NCBI GenBank assembly: GCA_965230955.1
Contig: OZ246404.1
Span: 161,184 to 225,183 of the forward strand
Length of the DNA: 64,000 bases
DNA from: an uncultured Candidatus Saccharibacteria bacterium
Lineage (GTDB): Bacteria > Patescibacteriota > CALEFQ01
Reading direction: 5' to 3'
Below, piece after piece: positions 29,244 through 38,705 of the stretch. The notes under the pieces are model-generated. The model was not told the DNA's origin, made no database searches, and saw only the letters and a list, made by a program, of their open reading frames with translations. A program made the translations under genes and the position numbers. Each line of letters opens with the position of its first letter. Positions within the stretch are counted from its first letter, which is position 1.

Positions 29244-29888
29244 GCGAATATTAATCTGATTCCCCAAAACCAGCTAAAGGCTCAAGCGCCGAATCACTCA
29301 TTGATGCTGGGTTTGATTTTTGCGATTATCGCGGTAGCGGCGATGTTCGGCGGCTTTTTCATCTTCGGCTTGGTCATGGATCAAAACAAGAAACAGGCGG
29401 AAGCGGACAAACTGGTGGTCATGCGGGAAAAGGAATCCTATGCCGATGTATCCGCTGACGCGAAACTTCTGCAGAAACAATTGAGCAGTCTCAAAACTGT
29501 TCTCGATAAGCATATTTACTGGTCGCAATTGCTCTGGAATTTGGAAGACCGCACCCTCAAAACAGTATCGATCAGCAGTTTTTCCGCGGCCGTGCCGGGG
29601 CAAGTTGAATTGGAAGCGGTCGCGCCCCAATACGGCGAAGTGGCCAAGCAAATCCAGGCTTATATTCAGGATCCGTTTTTCGCCAGTTACCGTCTCAATC
29701 GCGCCTCGCTGGCGGCGACCGCGGACGGTAAAACCAAGGTGGTTTTCAGTCTCAGTTTGCAACTGGCCAACGACGCCTTGTTGCAAACCGATCAACAGTT
29801 GATTCAAAACAGTCAGCGCTCGCTGGAATTGACCGTGCCGGTCGTGACTCCGGCGACAACGCCGACAGTGACCGCCGTGAATCCTTAA
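29241..29888 (+). CDS. pilN: Type IV pilus assembly protein PilN
   Basis: INLIP motif at the N-terminus, a single TM, and a coiled coil. Confidence 0.75.
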   Translation: MANINLIPQNQLKAQAPNHSLMLGLIFAIIAVAAMFGGFFIFGLVMDQNKKQAEADKLVVMREKESYADVSADAKLLQKQLSSLKTVLDKHIYWSQLLWNLEDRTLKTVSISSFSAAVPGQVELEAVAPQYGEVAKQIQAYIQDPFFASYRLNRASLAATADGKTKVVFSLSLQLANDALLQTDQQLIQNSQRSLELTVPVVTPATTPTVTAVNP

Positions 29889-29915
29889 TCGATATATTTC
29901 TAAAAATATAAATAT

Positions 29916-30476
29916 ATGGCGCTTAATCTCCGATCACAAAAATTAATCTATGTCGCGGTGATTGTAGTCATCGTTTTGATCGCGATATTTTTCGGCTATA
30001 CCCAGTACCAGACCGCCGCCTCGAAGTGGAAATCAGCCCAGCTGGCCGGTTTGGAAGTGAAAACACTGAAGCAGGAAGTGGTCGATCTCCAAAAACTGAA
30101 AGCGGAGCTGGATAAATCCGCTGCGGAAATTTCCTCCGTCGAAAAAGCTTTGCCGCCGGGATTGGCGATGCCGGAACTGCTGACCAATCTGGAAGCCATC
30201 GCTATCAAAAGTGAAATGACTTTCAATTCGGTCGATGTCGCCGGCGGAAAGAGCAAAACGGCTACCACGGCCAAGGCGGCCGCGGCTGCGGCCGAGTCAA
30301 AAGTCGCCGGGCTTCAAGAATTGCCGGTGACCGTTTCCGTGACGGGCGGATATGCCAATTTGAAAATGTATTTGGACAGCCTGGAACACAATCTTCGCTT
30401 GGTTGATGTCCAGTCGATCAATATGGAAGCTGCGGGCACTTACACCATCGCTCTCAAGGCTTATTACGTCGAATAA
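29916..30476 (+). CDS. pilO: Type IV pilus assembly protein PilO
   Basis: N-terminal TM plus coiled coil, followed by an alpha/beta domain, in the position conserved after pilN. Confidence 0.7.
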   Translation: MALNLRSQKLIYVAVIVVIVLIAIFFGYTQYQTAASKWKSAQLAGLEVKTLKQEVVDLQKLKAELDKSAAEISSVEKALPPGLAMPELLTNLEAIAIKSEMTFNSVDVAGGKSKTATTAKAAAAAAESKVAGLQELPVTVSVTGGYANLKMYLDSLEHNLRLVDVQSINMEAAGTYTIALKAYYVE

Positions 30477-30493
30477 AAATCTAAAATAAACAT

Positions 30494-30769
30494 ATGAAAA
30501 AACGCGAAACTATTTTACTGGCCGTGCTGGGGGTGGTGGTCGTGGTGGCGATAATTATTTTCTTCGCGGCGTCTCAACCGGCGGTCACGCCGGAGAATTC
30601 GGTGTCTAAAACCGAAGTTTCCACCGAATCGGTGATGACTTCGCTGGCCGGAGTCCAGGCCGTCATGAACAGCGACAAATTCGCGACTCTGTCGACCTAC
30701 GGAAAAATTCCGGTAGTGGTCGAGCCGTTTGAAATGGGAAATAAAAACCCGCTCAATCCTTCTCGTTAA
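30494..30769 (+). CDS. Small membrane protein in the pilus operon (possibly a PilP-like accessory protein)
   Basis: Single N-terminal TM. It sits between pilO and pilB. Confidence 0.45.
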   Translation: MKKRETILLAVLGVVVVVAIIIFFAASQPAVTPENSVSKTEVSTESVMTSLAGVQAVMNSDKFATLSTYGKIPVVVEPFEMGNKNPLNPSR

Positions 30770-30774
30770 TTATT

Positions 30775-32583
30775 ATGGCCGATAATCCCAATCCAATTTC
30801 TCCCGTGCGCGGCATTGAACCGTCCGCCGGCCGTGGCGTCAATCTGACGCCTTCCGAAGCGCCAAGCATCGTGCAGATTCTGCAGGATGACGGTTTGATT
30901 ACCGGGGAGCAGGTAAAAATTTTGCAAGATGAAAGCCAGCGTTCCGGCCGAAGTATCGATGAAATATTATTGGAATTGAGATTTGTCACCGATGATTCCT
31001 TGGCTCAGGCCAAAGCCAAACAGCTGGGCTTGCCGTTTGTCGATTTGCGCGACAAGACCATCCCGAAAGAATTGCTGGATATCATCCCGGGTGACGCGGC
31101 GCGTAATTACCGTTTTGTGGTTTTTGAGCGTGACGGCAAGACGCTGAAAGTCGCCCTGACCGATCCGCAGAATTTTCAGGCGCTGGAAGCTCTGGATTTT
31201 ATCGTTCGCCGGGACAATTACGAGAGCCAGCTCTATGTGACCACTTATGGCGGCATGGATCAGGCGCTCAAACAATACGGCGGAATGACCGAGGAAGTGG
31301 GGCAGGCGCTTAAAACCGCCAAACTGGAATTGGAAGAAGAACCCGGCGGAAAACTCGGCGGCGAGGAGCTGGCGCGCTATGTGGAACAAGCGCCGGTTTC
31401 CAAAGCGGTCAGCGTGATTATCCAGAATGCCGTCAATGATCGCGCCAGTGATATACATATTGAGCCGGAAGATGTCGAAGTCCGGATCCGCTACCGTATT
31501 GACGGGGTCTTGCGCACCGTCTTGACGCTGTCGCGCCAGGTACACGCGGCGATCGTTTCCCGTATCAAAATTATGGCGGGCCTGAAAATCGACGAAACGC
31601 GGATTCCTCAGGATGGGCGTTTTCACCTGAAATTGTCCGATCGGGAAATTGATTTTCGTATTTCCACTTTGCCGACTATTAACGGTGAAAAAGTCGTCCT
31701 GCGTATTTTGGATCGTTCCGCCGGGGTGCTGAAGCTGGAAACTCTCGGGCTGAACGGCCTGCGCTTGGACGGCGTGAAAAAAGCCATCCGCAAAAGCCAC
31801 GGCATGTTTCTGGTTACCGGCCCGACCGGCGCCGGAAAATCGACGACGCTGTATTCGGTGCTCGGCATTTTGAACGAACCGGAAGTCAATATTGTGACGC
31901 TCGAAGATCCGGTGGAGTATTTTATGCAGGGTATTTCGCAATCACAAATCAATCCCGAAGTCGGTTTGTCTTTTGCTTCCGGTTTGCGTTCGATTTTGCG
32001 CCAGGATCCGGATATCATCATGGTCGGCGAAATTCGCGATCGGGAAACGGCGGCCATGGCGGTGCACGCGGCTCTGACCGGCCATATTGTCCTTTCTACT
32101 TTGCATACCAATAGTTCGTACGGAGCGATCCCGAGGCTGGTTGATATGGGTATCGAGCCTTTCTTGCTGGCTTCGTCCCTGAATGTCATCGTGGCTCAGC
32201 GCCTGGTGCGCCAGCTGTGTCCGGATTGCCGGCAACAAGCTCCGGCCACGGCCGAAGAAAGCGCGATGATTATGAAAGAGTGGGGGGCGATTCCGGCCGA
32301 TGAAAAAAAGAACCTAAAGCTGAAAATAGACGATCCGATCAAAATCTGGCACGCGCGCGGTTGTCCAAAATGCAAAGACGGCTATCGCGGCCGAATCGGT
32401 ATATTTGAAGTTATGCTGGTAGATAGCCGGATCCGGGATGCCATGCTCCAGCGCGCTTCGGAAACCAAGCTCAAAACCATCGCTCGAGAAAACGGCTTGA
32501 TCACAATGATGGAAGACGGCGTGATTAAAATTTTGCAGGGCCGAACCACGACCGAAGAAGTCCTGCGTACGACGCAAGATTAA
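30775..32583 (+). CDS. pilB: Type IV pilus assembly ATPase PilB (GspE family)
   Basis: N-terminal GspII_E_N domain, Walker A GPTGAGKSTT, and a C-terminal tetracysteine CPDC...CPKC. Confidence 0.9.
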   Translation: MADNPNPISPVRGIEPSAGRGVNLTPSEAPSIVQILQDDGLITGEQVKILQDESQRSGRSIDEILLELRFVTDDSLAQAKAKQLGLPFVDLRDKTIPKELLDIIPGDAARNYRFVVFERDGKTLKVALTDPQNFQALEALDFIVRRDNYESQLYVTTYGGMDQALKQYGGMTEEVGQALKTAKLELEEEPGGKLGGEELARYVEQAPVSKAVSVIIQNAVNDRASDIHIEPEDVEVRIRYRIDGVLRTVLTLSRQVHAAIVSRIKIMAGLKIDETRIPQDGRFHLKLSDREIDFRISTLPTINGEKVVLRILDRSAGVLKLETLGLNGLRLDGVKKAIRKSHGMFLVTGPTGAGKSTTLYSVLGILNEPEVNIVTLEDPVEYFMQGISQSQINPEVGLSFASGLRSILRQDPDIIMVGEIRDRETAAMAVHAALTGHIVLSTLHTNSSYGAIPRLVDMGIEPFLLASSLNVIVAQRLVRQLCPDCRQQAPATAEESAMIMKEWGAIPADEKKNLKLKIDDPIKIWHARGCPKCKDGYRGRIGIFEVMLVDSRIRDAMLQRASETKLKTIARENGLITMMEDGVIKILQGRTTTEEVLRTTQD

Positions 32584-32587
32584 AAGG

Positions 32588-32654
32588 GTCTTTGGTCTTT
32601 TGTCTTTAGTCTCGGCTAAAGACAAAGGACTAAAGACTAAAGACTAAAGACTAA
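32588..32654. repeat. GTCTTTGG-family period-7 inverted-repeat hairpin between pilB and pilT
   Basis: GTCTTTGGTCTTTTGTCTTTAGTC tcgg CTAAAGACAAAGGACTAAAGACTAAAGAC. Confidence 0.75.
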
Positions 32655-32657
32655 TTT

Positions 32658-33731
32658 ATGGCTACTTCCGAAAAACTAAATCTCGATAAACTATTTGACG
32701 TGGTGTTGGATCGTAACGCTTCCGATTTGCATCTGACGGTCGGACGCGCGCCCACTATTAGGGTGGATCGAAAACTGATTCCGATTCCCGGGGAGCAGAT
32801 TTTGACCGCGGATGCAGCCAAATCGCTGGTCAATGCTTTACTGACCGAAAAACAACGCCAGGTATTTGAAGCCCAGTGGGAACTTGATCTGTCCTATGCC
32901 TACGGCGACAAAGCGCGATTTAGGATCAACGTTTTTCACCAGAAAGGCTGTGTCGGTGCGGCGATGCGCCTGATCCCGCGCAAAATTCGCACGGTGGAAG
33001 AATTGGGCTTGCCTCCCATTCTTAAAAATTTTACCAAAGAATCGCAAGGTTTGGTGTTGATGGTCGGTCCGACCGGGCACGGCAAATCGACAACACTGGC
33101 GGCGATGGTGGACTTGATCAATCACGAACGGGCGGAGCACATTATCACCATCGAAGATCCGATCGAATATTTATTCACCGGTGACAAGTCGATTATCGAC
33201 CAGCGGGAGGTCAATCAAGATACGATGTCATTCACCAAGGCTCTGCGCTCGGCTTTGCGCGAGGATCCAAACGTTGCGATGGTCGGCGAAATGCGCGATC
33301 TTGATACGATCGCGACCACGATTACGGTGGCCGAAACCGGGCACTTGGTTTTCGCGACACTGCATACTAATAATGCCGCTCAGACGGTGGATCGTATCAT
33401 TGACGCTTTTCCGTCGCACCAGCAAAATCAGATTAAAACTCAGCTGGCTTCGATTCTCACGGCCGTGGTTTCTCAGCGCTTGATTCCCAAAATCGGCGGG
33501 GGGCGAATCGTGGCGTCGGAAATTATGATGGCGACGCCGGCCGTCCGCAACCTGATTCGCGAAAACAAAGCTTACCAGATCGACAGCGTGATCCAGACCA
33601 GCGCCGAAGAGGGGATGATTTCTCTGGACAATTCACTGGCCGGCCTGGTGAAAGGGCAGCAAATTACCATGGAAGACGCGCTGATGTTCGCCTCGGATCC
33701 CAAAAACCTCTCGGCTTTGCTGCGGTCATAA
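32658..33731 (+). CDS. pilT: Twitching motility/pilus retraction ATPase PilT
   Basis: Walker A GPTGHGKSTT, the PilT signature, and a length of about 357 aa. Confidence 0.9.
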   Translation: MATSEKLNLDKLFDVVLDRNASDLHLTVGRAPTIRVDRKLIPIPGEQILTADAAKSLVNALLTEKQRQVFEAQWELDLSYAYGDKARFRINVFHQKGCVGAAMRLIPRKIRTVEELGLPPILKNFTKESQGLVLMVGPTGHGKSTTLAAMVDLINHERAEHIITIEDPIEYLFTGDKSIIDQREVNQDTMSFTKALRSALREDPNVAMVGEMRDLDTIATTITVAETGHLVFATLHTNNAAQTVDRIIDAFPSHQQNQIKTQLASILTAVVSQRLIPKIGGGRIVASEIMMATPAVRNLIRENKAYQIDSVIQTSAEEGMISLDNSLAGLVKGQQITMEDALMFASDPKNLSALLRS

Positions 33732-33752
33732 TCAACGACGATAATAAGTATC

Positions 33753-33830
33753 AGGTAACATGTAACAAGTAACAAATAGGAAATTATCTATTCCATTTTG
33801 TTACCTGTTCCCTGTTACTTGTTACTTGAA
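33753..33830. repeat. GTAACAAG-family period-7 inverted-repeat hairpin between pilT and pilC
   Basis: GTAACATGTAACAAGTAACAAATAGGAAA ... TTTGTTACCTGTTCCCTGTTACTTGTTAC. Confidence 0.75.
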
Positions 33831-33838
33831 TACTCCAT

Positions 33839-35047
33839 ATGCCTATCTACAATTATCGCGCGAAAACTTTTAAGGGCGAAGTCCAGGCGGGGACCGTGGA
33901 TGCCGCCAGTCCGCAATCCGCGGCTGACGTGTTACGCAGCCATAATTTGGTCGTGGTGGAATTAAACGAAGAAGGCACGCAAGCCGGTCTACAGAGCCGT
34001 CTTAAGATTTTTGACCGGGTCCATCCGCGCGATATCGTGATTTTTTCCCGGCAACTCTCGACTATGATTTCCGCTACTTTGCCGCTGGTCCAGGGTTTGC
34101 GCGTCTTGTCTGAACAACAGCAAAATCCTCTTTTCAAAAAAATAATGGAAGATATTACCGCCCGGGTTGACGGCGGAGCGCGCCTGTCGGTGGCGATGAA
34201 CCAGTATCCGGATACTTTTTCCAATTTTTTTGTCAGCGTGGTGCAGACGGGGGAGACCAGCGGTAAATTGGATGAATCGCTGAATTACCTGGCCGATCAG
34301 CTGGAAAAAGACTACGACCTGACGTCGAAAATTCGCTCGGCCATGTATTACCCGGCCTTTATCCTCGGCGGGATCGTGGTGGTGGCGATTATCATGGTGA
34401 CGTATGTCATCCCGCAATTGGAATCAGTGCTGATCGGCATGCAGGCGAATCTGCCCTGGTCGACCAAAGCTCTGCTCGGCGCCAGCAATTTTTTCCGCGA
34501 CTATTGGTGGATCATTTTGATCGTCGGCGTTTTGATTTTCTGGTGGCTTCGATCCTGGAGCCGGACGATGGATGGGAAGCGGAAACTGGATCAAATGAAA
34601 CTGAAATTGCCTATTTTCGGCAAGCTTTTTCGCTGGGTCTATATCACCAGAATGTCGCGCACTCTCTACACCTTGCTCGTCGGCGGAGTGAAAATCATTG
34701 AAGCGCTCGGCGTCACGGCTTCGGTTATCGGCAATTCGGTCTACAGTGATATCATAAAAAAAGCGGCTCAGCGCGTGGAATCCGGCGATTCGATCTCGAC
34801 CGTCTTGCGCCAGGAAAAGGAAGTGCCGCTGATGGTCTCGCAGGTGATCGAAGTGGGGGAGAAAACCGGCAAACTGCCCTTTACCCTGCAAAAAATTTCC
34901 GAATTCTACGGCCGAGAGCTGGATAATGCCGTCAAAGGCTTGTCCTCTTTGCTGGAGCCGATAATTATGGTAGTATTAGGCATCGGTGTCGGGATTCTCA
35001 TGGCCGCTGTTATTATGCCTATCTACAATATTAGTTCGATGATGTAG
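33839..35047 (+). CDS. pilC: Type IV pilus platform protein PilC (GspF family)
   Basis: Two T2SSF repeats and three TM segments. Confidence 0.9.
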   Translation: MPIYNYRAKTFKGEVQAGTVDAASPQSAADVLRSHNLVVVELNEEGTQAGLQSRLKIFDRVHPRDIVIFSRQLSTMISATLPLVQGLRVLSEQQQNPLFKKIMEDITARVDGGARLSVAMNQYPDTFSNFFVSVVQTGETSGKLDESLNYLADQLEKDYDLTSKIRSAMYYPAFILGGIVVVAIIMVTYVIPQLESVLIGMQANLPWSTKALLGASNFFRDYWWIILIVGVLIFWWLRSWSRTMDGKRKLDQMKLKLPIFGKLFRWVYITRMSRTLYTLLVGGVKIIEALGVTASVIGNSVYSDIIKKAAQRVESGDSISTVLRQEKEVPLMVSQVIEVGEKTGKLPFTLQKISEFYGRELDNAVKGLSSLLEPIIMVVLGIGVGILMAAVIMPIYNISSMM

Positions 35048-35490
35048 TAACAAGTAACAGGTAACAGAGAACAAGTAACAAATCGGAAAACTATTAATAT
35101 AAAAGGGAGGGATATGAGGGAGGGGATTAGGTTTAGAAGCAGAAAATTTGCTTTGATGGTCATAAGGCTGGTGGCAGATTTCTTAAAAAACAAAGAAGCA
35201 TATATCATTGGCAGTCAGTTGATCCGATCGGCGACATCTATCGGCGCTAATTTGGCGGAAGCGTATGTGGCACGTTCCCGTTCGGAATTTCGGAGTATAA
35301 ATAATATTGCTCTTCGCGAGAGCGAAGAAACTAAGTACTGGTTGGAACTAGCCCGAGATGCATTTCTCGTCGACGAATCAAAGCTTGCCCCGGTTCTCCG
35401 AGAGGCTAAAGAAATTTGCAAAATCTTGGCTACAATTGTTATAAAATGTAAAAACTAATTCCTATTTGTTACTTGTTACATGTTACTTGC
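35047..35490. mobile_element. Candidate cassette: a four-helix-bundle protein gene bracketed by GTAACAAG-family inverted repeats, inserted between pilC and pilA.
   Basis: Left arm GTAACAAGTAACAGGTAACAGAGAACAAGTAACAAATCGGAAAA (35047..35095). The right arm is the reverse complement, GCAAGTAACATGTAACAAGTAACAAATAGGAATT (35457..35490). The same arm pair with only a 20-nt loop occurs at 33753..33830. Confidence 0.45.
35114..35458 (+). CDS. Four-helix-bundle protein (23S rRNA intervening-sequence protein / Avd-like family)
   Basis: LIRSATSIGANLAEAYVARSRSEFRSINNIALRESEETKYWLELARDA matches the hallmark region of this family. Confidence 0.8.
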   Translation: MREGIRFRSRKFALMVIRLVADFLKNKEAYIIGSQLIRSATSIGANLAEAYVARSRSEFRSINNIALRESEETKYWLELARDAFLVDESKLAPVLREAKEICKILATIVIKCKN

Positions 35491-35534
35491 TTTTAAATGA
35501 TGTTTAAATAAAATTATGGAAAGGGGGTGAGTCT

Positions 35535-35960
35535 ATGTCAAAACAAAAAGGTTTTACGCTCATTGAGCTCTTGGTCGTCATCGCCATTATCGCCATCTTG
35601 GCGGCTGTGGTTTTGGTGGCTTTGGGTAATGCCGCTCAGTCGGCACGCGATTCCACCCGGAAGGCCGACCTCAACAGTGTTATGACTGCTATGGAGTTAT
35701 ATAACACTACTAATGGCGCTTTCCCGGCGGCCGGTGTTTGTGCGGCGAATGGAGTCATTGCAGCTGCATCAGGCGGCACGATTTGTAACGGCTCTCCGTT
35801 ATCTGATGGCACTACCACCTATATCGCTGTGTTACCAACCGATCCTAATGGTACTCAAACTTATACTTGGACCGGTGATGCGACAACCTATCAACTTGAT
35901 GTGGGTTTGGAAGGTGGCGGAACATTCCGCTGCACGAATGGTTCTTGTTACACCCCATAA
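35535..35960 (+). CDS. pilA: Type IV major pilin (prepilin with class III signal)
   Basis: MSKQKGFTLIELLVVIAIIAILAA N-terminus, strong RBS, and a C-terminal Cys pair. Confidence 0.9.
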   Translation: MSKQKGFTLIELLVVIAIIAILAAVVLVALGNAAQSARDSTRKADLNSVMTAMELYNTTNGAFPAAGVCAANGVIAAASGGTICNGSPLSDGTTTYIAVLPTDPNGTQTYTWTGDATTYQLDVGLEGGGTFRCTNGSCYTP

Positions 35961-36101
35961 GTTTATAGTTTGCTGATCTACCCCCACGCTCGAAGGTCGA
36001 GAGTGGGGGCGATGAGCAAATATTATTATCGCGGGAGCAATGTTAACTTCGGCGGAACTCGATCCGCCGAAGCCCCGTTTCGGGGCGAAGGTAGATAAAT
36101 T

Positions 36102-36887
36102 ATGATCTCGCTTTGGTCAGTTATCGTTTTTTTTCTCGGCCTCTGTGTGGGCAGTTTTTTAAATGCGCTGATTTTTCGGCTACATTCCGGCGAATCGGTG
36201 GCTAAGGGGCGCTCGAAGTGCCCCAAATGCCAACACCAACTCAGTGACTGGGATTTAATTCCGGTCATTAGCTTTATCGCCCTGCGCGGAAAGTGCCGTT
36301 ATTGCCACGCCCCGATTTCTTGGCAGTACCCGACAGTGGAATTGGTGACGGCGATTTTATTTGTCCTGGTCTATCTGTATCTGATACCTTCGACGCAAGT
36401 TGGGACGATGACCGGGATTTTTTATTTGGCCTTTCTTTGGTTTATCGTCAGTGTGTCGATTATCGTTTTTGTCTACGACCTGAAGCATTACTTGATTCTC
36501 GACAAAGTCATTTATCCCGCTCTGGCGGTGACTTTTATCGCCGTTTTATTTTTGCCGCAATTTGATTTTTGGCGCGCGCTGATCGGGAGCGGGGTGGTTG
36601 GCGGGTTTTTCCTAATTTTGGTATTATTATCAAAAGAGACTTGGATGGGTTGGGGGGATGTGAAGCTGGGATTTTTGCTGGGCTTGGTGGTCGGCTGGCC
36701 GCTCTGTCTGCCTCTGTTCTTGATCGCTTTCGTCGGCGGCTCGGCCGTCGCGCTTCTCCTGATGGGTCTGAAACTAAAAGGCTGGAAAGACTCGGTGCCG
36801 TTCGGCACGATGCTCACTGCGGCAGCGGTGATAACACTATTTGTGGGGCAAAAATTGATTGATTGGTACTTTGGACTATTGGTATAA
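36102..36887 (+). CDS. pilD: Prepilin peptidase PilD (A24 family)
   Basis: Tetracysteine CPKC...CRYC, a DUF1232-like N-domain, and A24 peptidase TM helices. Confidence 0.9.
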   Translation: MISLWSVIVFFLGLCVGSFLNALIFRLHSGESVAKGRSKCPKCQHQLSDWDLIPVISFIALRGKCRYCHAPISWQYPTVELVTAILFVLVYLYLIPSTQVGTMTGIFYLAFLWFIVSVSIIVFVYDLKHYLILDKVIYPALAVTFIAVLFLPQFDFWRALIGSGVVGGFFLILVLLSKETWMGWGDVKLGFLLGLVVGWPLCLPLFLIAFVGGSAVALLLMGLKLKGWKDSVPFGTMLTAAAVITLFVGQKLIDWYFGLLV

Positions 36888-36889
36888 GT

Positions 36890-36960
36890 TAAAAGTCAAA
36901 AATCAAAAGTCAAAAGTTTCTTGTTGCTACTTTTGACCTTTGACCTTTGACTTTTGACTT
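36890..36960. repeat. GTCAAAAG-family period-7 inverted-repeat hairpin between pilD and the minor pilins
   Basis: AAGTCAAAAATCAAAAGTCAAAAG tttcttgttgctac TTTTGACCTTTGACCTTTGACTTTTGACTT. Confidence 0.75.
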
Positions 36961-37542
36961 ATGTCAAAAGTTTCCCATCAACGCGGTTTTACCCTGATCG
37001 AGATGCTCGTCACCATCTCTATTTTGGTTTTGTTGAGCGCGATGGTGGTGGTCAATTTCCGCGATGCCGAAAAGGGGAACGCGGTGCGGCTCGGGGCGGA
37101 GCAGTTTGTCGGTGTGTTACGCGAGGCGCAGAATTACGCTTTGGCGCAAAAGCGGGTAGTGGTCGGAAAAGACAGTATTGTACCGGCCGGCTACGGCGTT
37201 TATATCAAACTGGTGAAAGGCCAGACTACGGAAGCCGTTTTTTTCGCCGACACCGGGCCGAAGCTCGGTTTGTATGAGCCGAAAGAAGACCTCGAGATCC
37301 GCACGGAAGAGCTCCCGCGGTACGCGGTTTTCTCTTCGTTACTTGGCGGGGCCACGGATGAATTAAGCCTTATTTTTTCTCCTCCGGACGGCGCTGTAAA
37401 TTTCGGAAATCTCCCGGCGGAATTATCGGCCACGGAGGTAGCGGTGGTGATTCAGCTTTATCTGGGCGGCGAGGTCGGCGGTACCGCCAAGAGCGTCATT
37501 GTAAATTCACTGACTTCATTGATTGAAATAAAAGATTTCTAA
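36961..37542 (+). CDS. Minor pilin / pseudopilin (GspH/FimT-like)
   Basis: Prepilin motif QRGFTLIEMLVTISILVLL. Confidence 0.8.
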   Translation: MSKVSHQRGFTLIEMLVTISILVLLSAMVVVNFRDAEKGNAVRLGAEQFVGVLREAQNYALAQKRVVVGKDSIVPAGYGVYIKLVKGQTTEAVFFADTGPKLGLYEPKEDLEIRTEELPRYAVFSSLLGGATDELSLIFSPPDGAVNFGNLPAELSATEVAVVIQLYLGGEVGGTAKSVIVNSLTSLIEIKDF

Positions 37543-37543
37543 T

Positions 37544-38110
37544 ATGCAGGCTTCACGCGGACAATCCTTGATTGAAACTCTGGTGGCCCTATCGGTCATG
37601 GTCATTGGTATTGCCGGCGCGGTGTCGCTCGGAATCATTTCCATCCGTGCGGGGCAGACCAGCCAATTGGACGTGGTGGCGGAAAATCTGGCGCGGGAGG
37701 GGATAGAGGCGGCGCGTTCGGTGCGGGATGCCAATTGGCGAGAGGGACAAGCCTGGAATGCCGGCCTGGCCGATGGTTCATACCGAGTGATAGTTGGTAT
37801 CGCGGACGATCCGGCTGATCAGCCGATTACTTTAGAACCGGTTGATGACACCCAACCCCTATCCGGTTTTAATTACAAAATTTGTTTGACGCCGATCGGA
37901 CAATATTTGTCCCCGACAAATTTGACTACGCCGGACGCCGAATGTTCGTCGCAAAATCCGGCTTGGGAAAATACGGCCTTTCACCGGCGCGTGACGGTGA
38001 AAGAAATCAGTGCCGTGCAGATTCAGATTACTTGCGAAGTCCTGCGCAGCGGCGGCGTGGGGAGTGTCACTTATACCGTGGCGGAGGATTTGTATGATTG
38101 GCATGAATAG
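37544..38110 (+). CDS. Minor pilin (PilV-like)
   Basis: Prepilin motif RGQSLIETLVALSVMVIGIAG. Confidence 0.75.
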   Translation: MQASRGQSLIETLVALSVMVIGIAGAVSLGIISIRAGQTSQLDVVAENLAREGIEAARSVRDANWREGQAWNAGLADGSYRVIVGIADDPADQPITLEPVDDTQPLSGFNYKICLTPIGQYLSPTNLTTPDAECSSQNPAWENTAFHRRVTVKEISAVQIQITCEVLRSGGVGSVTYTVAEDLYDWHE

Positions 38111-38111
38111 A

Positions 38112-38172
38112 AGAGTCTTTGGTCGTTGGTCTTTGGTCTTTCGCGAAAGACTAAAGACTAAAGACTAAAGAC
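38112..38172. repeat. GTCTTTGG-family period-7 inverted-repeat hairpin between minor pilin genes
   Basis: AGTCTTTGGTCGTTGGTCTTTGGTCTTTCGCGAAAGACTAAAGACTAAAGACTAAAGAC. Confidence 0.75.
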
Positions 38173-38174
38173 AG

Positions 38175-38705
38175 ATGCTCTCTAATCCCAAACAATCCGG
38201 CTTTACCCTCATCGAAGCGCTGGTATCGGTCGCGATTTTTGCCGTGGTGGTCTCGATGGCGGCGGTTTTGTTTTTGTCCACTTCCAATGCCCAGCGTAAG
38301 GCGACCAACCAGGAAAAAGTTATGCGCGAAGTGCGCCAGACGATGGAATCTATCTCCCGGCTGGTGCGAATGTCGGCGGTTGATTATGATCGATATGACG
38401 CGGAGGGCATGGAAATCAGCGGGGGACCATCGGTGCTCTACCTGATGAATAACAACGCGCCCGTCAGTTTTTCGCTGGTGGGAGGCCAGATTTTTTATGA
38501 GCGCGGCGGAGCCGGCGGCGTCATGACCGGGGAAGATATCGACGTTACAAACTTGCAATTTTTTATCGGGCCGGCGGATCCGGACACCAGTACCGATTGG
38601 CCGACCCAAGTAACGGTCTTGCTGACTACGGAGCGCGAAGGCGAGCGCGGTTCGGCTGATATTTTGAAAACTCAGACGACTATCGTGACCAGGCAATATG
38701 AATAA
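38175..38705 (+). CDS. Minor pilin (PilW-like)
   Basis: Prepilin motif KQSGFTLIEALVSVAIFAVVV. Confidence 0.75.
   Translation: MLSNPKQSGFTLIEALVSVAIFAVVVSMAAVLFLSTSNAQRKATNQEKVMREVRQTMESISRLVRMSAVDYDRYDAEGMEISGGPSVLYLMNNNAPVSFSLVGGQIFYERGGAGGVMTGEDIDVTNLQFFIGPADPDTSTDWPTQVTVLLTTEREGERGSADILKTQTTIVTRQYE

Noticed and set aside
30967-32238. Long minus-strand ORFs (324, 188 and 98 aa) antisense to pilB
   Set aside because: They are antisense to a strongly supported GspE-family ATPase gene. They are R/Q/F-rich with no domain signature and no RBS.
35114-35458. Diversity-generating retroelement suggested by the Avd-like four-helix-bundle gene
   Set aside because: No reverse transcriptase ORF and no template/variable repeat pair are detectable anywhere in the 64 kb. 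The family also occurs independently of DGRs.
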